From Cyanobacteria bacterium P01_A01_bin.123 (lineage in GTDB: Bacteria > Cyanobacteriota > Cyanobacteriia > Phormidesmidales > Phormidesmidaceae), in the NCBI GenBank assembly GCA_039815185.1, contig JBCBZT010000018.1, positions 1-64,000 of the forward strand: a stretch of 64,000 nucleotides of DNA. Reading direction: 5' to 3'. A model generated the notes under the pieces. The model saw nothing but the letters and a program-made list of their open reading frames with translations. It had not been told where the DNA came from and did not search any database. Below, piece by piece: positions 58,785 through 64,000 of this stretch (position 1 is the first letter of the stretch; every line of letters starts with the position of its first letter). The position numbers were made by a program, and so were the translations under genes.

Positions 58785-60044
58785 ATGACGATGGTCAAGT
58801 ATCGTGGCCTGTCAACGGTTGGGGCAGTCGTCGGGGTCATCCTGATCGGATGTACGTCTACTAATCCAGTGCCGCCAGCATCACAGGCCAACCCAAGCTC
58901 AGATGCCCCTGCCGCCGATGCCTCTGCTGCCAGTGATGCGGTAGCGTCTAACGATGAGAATTCATCTGGCGCAGCGATCGCGCAGGTACAAACTGCCCAA
59001 CAAATTACCCTAGTTGAGGGTCTAGAACACCCCTGGGGAATGGCGTGGCTACCGGATGGCAACCTACTTGTAACCGAACGTCCCGGTAGAGTGCGGATTA
59101 TTCGGGATGGCGAGCTTGCCCCGACCCCAGTGCCCGGTGTCCCGGCAGTATTGGGTGCAGGACAAGGGGGTTTGCTCGATATCTCCGTTCACCCCCAGTT
59201 TGCTGACAACCAATGGGTTTATTTCACCTATGCCCACGGCGCCAGTAACGCCAACCAAACCCGCGTGGCTCGTGCTCGGTTTGACGGCAGTACCCTCTCG
59301 GATTGGACGCCGATTTTTGAAGTTAACCGTTCTAAAGAGGGGACTCAGCATTTTGGGTCTCGCATCACCTGGCTACCTGACAACACGATGTTGATCTCCA
59401 TTGGGGATGGTGGCAATCCACCGTTAAGACTTGAGGGAGAATTGATTCGCAATCAGGCTCAAAATCTAGGTAGCCATCTGGGCAAAGTGGTGCGGTTGAG
59501 CGATGATGGCTCAATCCCCGCTGATAATCCCTTTGTCAACACGCCAAATGCTGACCCGGCCCTATGGAGCTATGGCCATCGCAACATCCAGGGAATGGCG
59601 TTCGACCCAGTGACCAATCAGATTTGGGTGACAGAACATGGGTCACGGGGCGGTGATGAGTTGAATCGGGTCGATCCAGGAGAGAATTACGGTTGGCCAC
59701 TCGTCACCCACAGCCAGGAATATTCTGGCGGCGAGATTTCATCGGAGCGATCGCGCCCCGGCATGGTCGATCCCAGTATTGTTTGGACACCCGCGATCGC
59801 GCCCTCTGGCTTAATGATGTATCGGGGCGATCGCTTCCCGCAGTGGCAGGGCAATCTGTTCGCTGGAGGACTGGTATCACAAGATATCAAACGAATTGAG
59901 CTGGATGAGACTGGCACGGTCATTAGCGAGACCCCCATAGCTATTGGGCAGCGGGTGCGCGATGTGCATCAGGGGCCAGATGGGTTAATTTACATCCTGA
60001 CCGATGAACCGAATGGCCGCTTGATTCGGCTGGAACCGGGTTAA
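58785..60044 (+). CDS. PQQ-dependent sugar dehydrogenase (GSDH/YliI family) lipoprotein
   Basis: Lipobox LIGC, GLEHPWGMAWLPDG, GQGGLLD, HFGSRI, SYGHRNIQG, EHGSRGGDELN, RVRDV. Confidence 0.92.
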   Translation: MTMVKYRGLSTVGAVVGVILIGCTSTNPVPPASQANPSSDAPAADASAASDAVASNDENSSGAAIAQVQTAQQITLVEGLEHPWGMAWLPDGNLLVTERPGRVRIIRDGELAPTPVPGVPAVLGAGQGGLLDISVHPQFADNQWVYFTYAHGASNANQTRVARARFDGSTLSDWTPIFEVNRSKEGTQHFGSRITWLPDNTMLISIGDGGNPPLRLEGELIRNQAQNLGSHLGKVVRLSDDGSIPADNPFVNTPNADPALWSYGHRNIQGMAFDPVTNQIWVTEHGSRGGDELNRVDPGENYGWPLVTHSQEYSGGEISSERSRPGMVDPSIVWTPAIAPSGLMMYRGDRFPQWQGNLFAGGLVSQDIKRIELDETGTVISETPIAIGQRVRDVHQGPDGLIYILTDEPNGRLIRLEPG

Positions 60045-60132
60045 GGAAGCAACCCAACCCCTTACACTCGAACGCCTAACGCTTTACGATGCTGAATGAA
60101 CCGGATCTTATCCATAGGCTTGTCGAGATTCC

Positions 60133-60522
60133 ATGACAGATACAATCCAGGCAACCGCTCGTAAGGCGTTTGATTTGTTTGCTCAAGGTTGGATTAATGG
60201 CGATTTCAACCCTTATATTGATTTACTCGCGGATGAAATGACCTTTTGGTTTCCTATGGGGAAACATCGGGGCAAATTTAGTGGCGTTGAGGGACGGCAA
60301 CAAATGATTGCTAAATGCCGTGATCATGAAGCTGCGGGCGACCGCCTCACATTCCATCCCCCTAATTATGTATTGACTGATGGAACCTCGGTGATCTTTG
60401 AATTTGAGTCAGAAGGGCTTTACGGTGGTGAACCTTACAAAGGGCATAACGCGATCGCGTTTGAGATCCAAGACGGCAAAGTGATTGGCTTCCGCGAATA
60501 TTTTGGGGACCTCGGAGCGTAA
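60133..60522 (+). CDS. SnoaL/NTF2-like protein
   Basis: LLADEMTFWFP, FEIQDGKVIGFREYFG. Confidence 0.82.
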   Translation: MTDTIQATARKAFDLFAQGWINGDFNPYIDLLADEMTFWFPMGKHRGKFSGVEGRQQMIAKCRDHEAAGDRLTFHPPNYVLTDGTSVIFEFESEGLYGGEPYKGHNAIAFEIQDGKVIGFREYFGDLGA

Positions 60523-60570
60523 CATAGTTTCAGCATGGATTAGCGTCTGACATCAGGAGCCTGTACACCG

Positions 60571-61155
60571 ATGGAGAAGGGCAGATTGGAGGCGTTTAGT
60601 GATGGTGTCCTTGCGATTGTGATCACCATCATGGTTTTAGAGCTGAAGGTTCCAGAGACTGCTGGCCTAGCCTCTCTACAACCGCTGTTGCCAACCTTTT
60701 TCAGCTATGTGCTGAGCTATTTTTATCTCGGCATCTACTGGAACAATCACCATCATCTCTTGCAGGCAACCCGCCGGATCAATGGTCGCGTTCTTTGGGC
60801 AAACCTCCACCTGCTGTTTTGGTTGTCACTCATTCCGTTTGTGACGGGATGGATGGGCGAAAATCACTTTGCAGCTGTATCAGTGGCCCTGTATGGTGTG
60901 GTTCTCTTTGCCGCTGCGATCGCCTACTTTATCCTCAGCCGGTTTCTGATGGCCCATCCAGACAATAACCCTGTCCTTTTGAAAGCCCTGGGCAAAGACT
61001 TAAAAGGGAAGCTATCAATGGGCGTCTATGTTGTTGCGATTCCGCTATCCTTTGTGTCATCTTGGATTGCCTGCACCTTATATGTGCTAATAGCAGCCCT
61101 ATGGCTGATTCCAGATCGTCGCATTGAGAACACACTCTCTCACCTGCGAGAATAA
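60571..61155 (+). CDS. TMEM175 family potassium channel
   Basis: RLEAFSDGVLAIVITIMVLE, YWNNHH, SLIPF. Confidence 0.92.
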   Translation: MEKGRLEAFSDGVLAIVITIMVLELKVPETAGLASLQPLLPTFFSYVLSYFYLGIYWNNHHHLLQATRRINGRVLWANLHLLFWLSLIPFVTGWMGENHFAAVSVALYGVVLFAAAIAYFILSRFLMAHPDNNPVLLKALGKDLKGKLSMGVYVVAIPLSFVSSWIACTLYVLIAALWLIPDRRIENTLSHLRE

Positions 61156-61175
61156 GTCTTTGAGAAAATGAAGGC

Positions 61176-61577
61176 TTATGAATTGGGTTTCTCTGATATC
61201 TGTGATTGGTCATATGCGACTCTTGCTGTTTCAACAGCATTAAAATTCCTTATTGACCAATTGCACAGAGACCTGAGCACGACATTTAAGGCTTCACCTA
61301 GGTCTGTGAGAGAATATTCCACCCTTGGTGGTACTACTGGATAAACTTTCCGGCTCACCAACCCATTACGTTCTAAGTTTCTAAGCGTACGGGTTAGCAT
61401 CCGTTGAGAAATCCCGCCAATTTCCCGTTGCAGTTCACCGTAGCGCTTTGTACTGCGGGACAGAACATACATCACCGCGATCACCCACTTATCATCAATC
61501 AGATCAAGCGTTTGATGCAAGTAGGGATGGTGCTCCAACACTGTGGCCGGAGTCATGGGTTCTGGAGATTGCGTCAT
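61176..61577 (-). CDS. HxlR family transcriptional regulator
   Basis: DKW, RYGEL, ISQRMLTRTLRNLERNGLV, VPPRVEYSLT. Confidence 0.92.
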   Translation of the reverse strand: MTQSPEPMTPATVLEHHPYLHQTLDLIDDKWVIAVMYVLSRSTKRYGELQREIGGISQRMLTRTLRNLERNGLVSRKVYPVVPPRVEYSLTDLGEALNVVLRSLCNWSIRNFNAVETARVAYDQSQISEKPNS

Positions 61578-61866
61578 GGTAGAAGCTGTGTACCTACACT
61601 CGTGTACGTATAGCAGTTTTTTGTACGTACTTGTCATGATCAAGTCTTGAACAAGATAATCAAATCACGAAAGCACAAAACAAAGTCAAATCAGCTTCAA
61701 ATTAGAGGGCTCTAGGTTCTGTGATTTCTCGACTGCTTCACTTAAATATGGTCTACCTGTGCCTAACTGAAGCCGCATACATGTGCCCGTTTTTAGTTGA
61801 GCTCGGAGAACATAAGAGTAGTTTATATCTGTCATTTTTTTTTGCATACTAATCAAGGCATTAATC

Positions 61867-62571
61867 ATGAGTGGCAATCCATTCTCTGAAGAACTAACGG
61901 CTGACAATTGCATTTTCATGATGATAGATCATCAAGTCGGGCTGCTACAATTTTTGCCCTCTATTGATCCGATGATTCTCAAAAATAATATCCTGGGCCA
62001 TGCAAAAACTGCCAAAGCATTCGGCATTCCAACAGTACTTGGCACGAGTTGGCCACAAGGGCCAAATGGACCAACATTGCCTGAATTAGTCGATCTCTTT
62101 GGCAAAGAACAAATCATTGATCGACCCACTGTAAATTTCTGGAATGACCAGACTTCACGCGCAAAGGTCAAATCATATGGGCGTAGAAAGTTGGTGATTT
62201 CAGGTTTGGCAACAGAGGTTTGTGTTGCATTTCCGTCCCTAGCGGCAGTGCAGGAAGATTACGACATTTATGCCGTCATAGACGCTTCATCTGACTTTAA
62301 TCCGCTGATTACGCAGGTAACAATGCAGCGGCTTGCGAGTGCTGGTGTTGTGGTCACAACATGGGTTGCAGTGCTTGCTGAATTAGCTAGTAATACGCAA
62401 ATCAATGGCAAGTTTATTGGCAATCTTTTGAAGGAACACTGTGGTCAATATGCGGCTAGTTGGGATAACTTCATAGGAACCGCAAAAAGTGCAGATACGG
62501 TCACCAAACAGTTGGGTCTGTATGCAGCGAAAGAACCTGTTAATTACGCCACCATGAACACGCCCACCTAA
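61867..62571 (+). CDS. Isochorismatase family cysteine hydrolase (YcaC-like)
   Basis: IDHQVGL, GPNGP, GLATEVCVAFP, IDAS. Confidence 0.9.
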   Translation: MSGNPFSEELTADNCIFMMIDHQVGLLQFLPSIDPMILKNNILGHAKTAKAFGIPTVLGTSWPQGPNGPTLPELVDLFGKEQIIDRPTVNFWNDQTSRAKVKSYGRRKLVISGLATEVCVAFPSLAAVQEDYDIYAVIDASSDFNPLITQVTMQRLASAGVVVTTWVAVLAELASNTQINGKFIGNLLKEHCGQYAASWDNFIGTAKSADTVTKQLGLYAAKEPVNYATMNTPT

Positions 62572-62656
62572 GGACAATCTTGAAAATTATCTCAATCATG
62601 TAGGACAACATTTCTATAGTCTCAATTATGCTTCAGCACACCTATGGCGTGAATCA

Positions 62657-64000
62657 TTAAGGCAGGGTTGGTGATTGTCTATCCCACTGGTCGAAGTTCT
62701 GTCGTGTGCCATTTCGCCAAATAATAGGCAAAGAATTCTCTTGCTGCTGCAACCTCACGCGTTTGCCATGGCTACCTTGGTATTCCCAAGCGGGGGCGAT
62801 GGAGTTGAGTTGAGATTGAGCCAATACGGCTGATTTAAAGACATCAAAATCCCCATGGGTTTGGGGCTCTCCCACTTCTAAGGCAAAGCCATTCGTAAAA
62901 CGGGTAATGGCAAGCCAGGTTGATTCGCCCGTTACAAAGGTAATGTCGCCAAGGGTTTGGATGGTTACTGTTGTCGGATAGTCAATGGTGGGAATCGTTG
63001 CTCCCTGCCAAAGCAAAAGGTTATCGAATTGGGCGATCGCGTGGTGTCCGCCCCCCTCTACAGTTAATATTTCAGTGCCTGTGCTCCCAAGCCAGCGCAA
63101 ACTAAAGCCGCTCCAGTCTCCCCCTGTGCCTTTGGCTAAACTACCGAGTTGAAAGGTATGCCCAAAGTAGACCGTTTCGTAAAACGCAGGCCCGTACAGA
63201 CCGGGCTTCCAGTTTTCGTAGTGGGGATGAGTGCGGCGAATTTCAACAGGTTTGACAAATCGACGATGGGCGATTGCGATGGCATCAGGTGGTGGGCTAT
63301 AACGGCTGGTCAAGGCATGAATCCAGTCAAGATCGAGATCTGTCGGTAGGGGGCCATCGCCGAAATAGAACCAAAAGAACCGCTGGGCGTCATCGCCATA
63401 GATTCTTTTGGCAGGGCCATTCCACTCTCCCCGCCAATATTTCAAGGCTGCTGCTCGAAACAGGCAGTCTAGGCCATCTTGAGCCAGTTGCCGCACTTCT
63501 GGGTCTTGGGCAAAGTCGTAAAGATTCAGGTAAGCGGCTGTCGTGTGACCGTGGTACACCGGGCTATCCCACTCTCCCATGCCAATATCCAATAGGGTCG
63601 AGACATAGCGTTGCAGACGGGCTTTGTAAATTAACCGGGTTGATTCGTTGCCCGTTTCTTCAGCCATCAGATAGACCGAAGTTTCTCGCATGGCCCTGAG
63701 ATTATCAGTATTGCGACAATCAACAGGCGTCTCGCAGTCGTCTTCCGAACGCTCCCAAAATTTTCGGGGCGGATCCGCCGTCCGATCCAGGGGATCGCTC
63801 AACGTGAACTGATGCATCGCCTGCCACATTCGTTGGCGATAGTCTGGATCGAGGCGATCGCCAAAATAAAAATACTTCCTTATTTGTCCTTTAAGGGTGA
63901 ACCCAGAGTGGAGATCGACCCCCAACGTTTCTACGGCTTGGGGATCAAGCTTTTGTAAAAAAGCGAGGGCAGGCGCGGCTTCTACCTCATTGGTGCTGGC
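62657..64000 (-). CDS. Hypothetical protein, 5' end outside the window
   Basis: Frame stays open from 63925 to the window edge (ASTNEVEAAPALAFLQK..). Confidence 0.75.
   Translation of the reverse strand, partial: ASTNEVEAAPALAFLQKLDPQAVETLGVDLHSGFTLKGQIRKYFYFGDRLDPDYRQRMWQAMHQFTLSDPLDRTADPPRKFWERSEDDCETPVDCRNTDNLRAMRETSVYLMAEETGNESTRLIYKARLQRYVSTLLDIGMGEWDSPVYHGHTTAAYLNLYDFAQDPEVRQLAQDGLDCLFRAAALKYWRGEWNGPAKRIYGDDAQRFFWFYFGDGPLPTDLDLDWIHALTSRYSPPPDAIAIAHRRFVKPVEIRRTHPHYENWKPGLYGPAFYETVYFGHTFQLGSLAKGTGGDWSGFSLRWLGSTGTEILTVEGGGHHAIAQFDNLLLWQGATIPTIDYPTTVTIQTLGDITFVTGESTWLAITRFTNGFALEVGEPQTHGDFDVFKSAVLAQSQLNSIAPAWEYQGSHGKRVRLQQQENSLPIIWRNGTRQNFDQWDRQSPTLP

Noticed and set aside
556..63699. Many short ORFs in the track that overlap real genes (e.g. 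5966-6361, 12827-13255, 38004-38495, 63274-63699)
   Set aside because: Antisense or alternate-frame shadows with no recognisable motifs

Overview
Chromosomal window from a cyanobacterium, probably a non-heterocystous Leptolyngbya/Nodosilinea-like filamentous strain (inferred from gene content and wording of the proteins; the HIP1 octamer GCGATCGC occurs about once per kb by manual scan). The left half (1-31 kb) is mostly core genes: crhR, rimO, btpA, VKOR, psbU, an FHA-adenylate cyclase, uppP, TolC, apcF, glnA with a canonical NtcA promoter, trm1, clpS, pntAB, a ComA-like PLD nuclease, a tandem MinD/ParA-like pair and cysE. At 31-39.6 kb, next to tRNA-Glu, is an accessory cluster: TIGR03032-TPR-GT9 fusion, methyltransferase, GT9 and a TPS-domain adhesin, partly free of HIP1. 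At 44.7-58.7 kb is the most unusual region: a modular family of secreted internalin-like LRR genes (4 intact, at least 3 relics). They share a 45-nt upstream element, have HIP1 sites built into their constant ends, and vary in repeat number and concave-face residues. The array is interrupted by a flv4-sll0218-flv2 operon whose flv2 has an in-frame amber codon, and by a chimeric lipoprotein/hydrolase locus. No integrase, transposase, CRISPR array or rRNA was seen.
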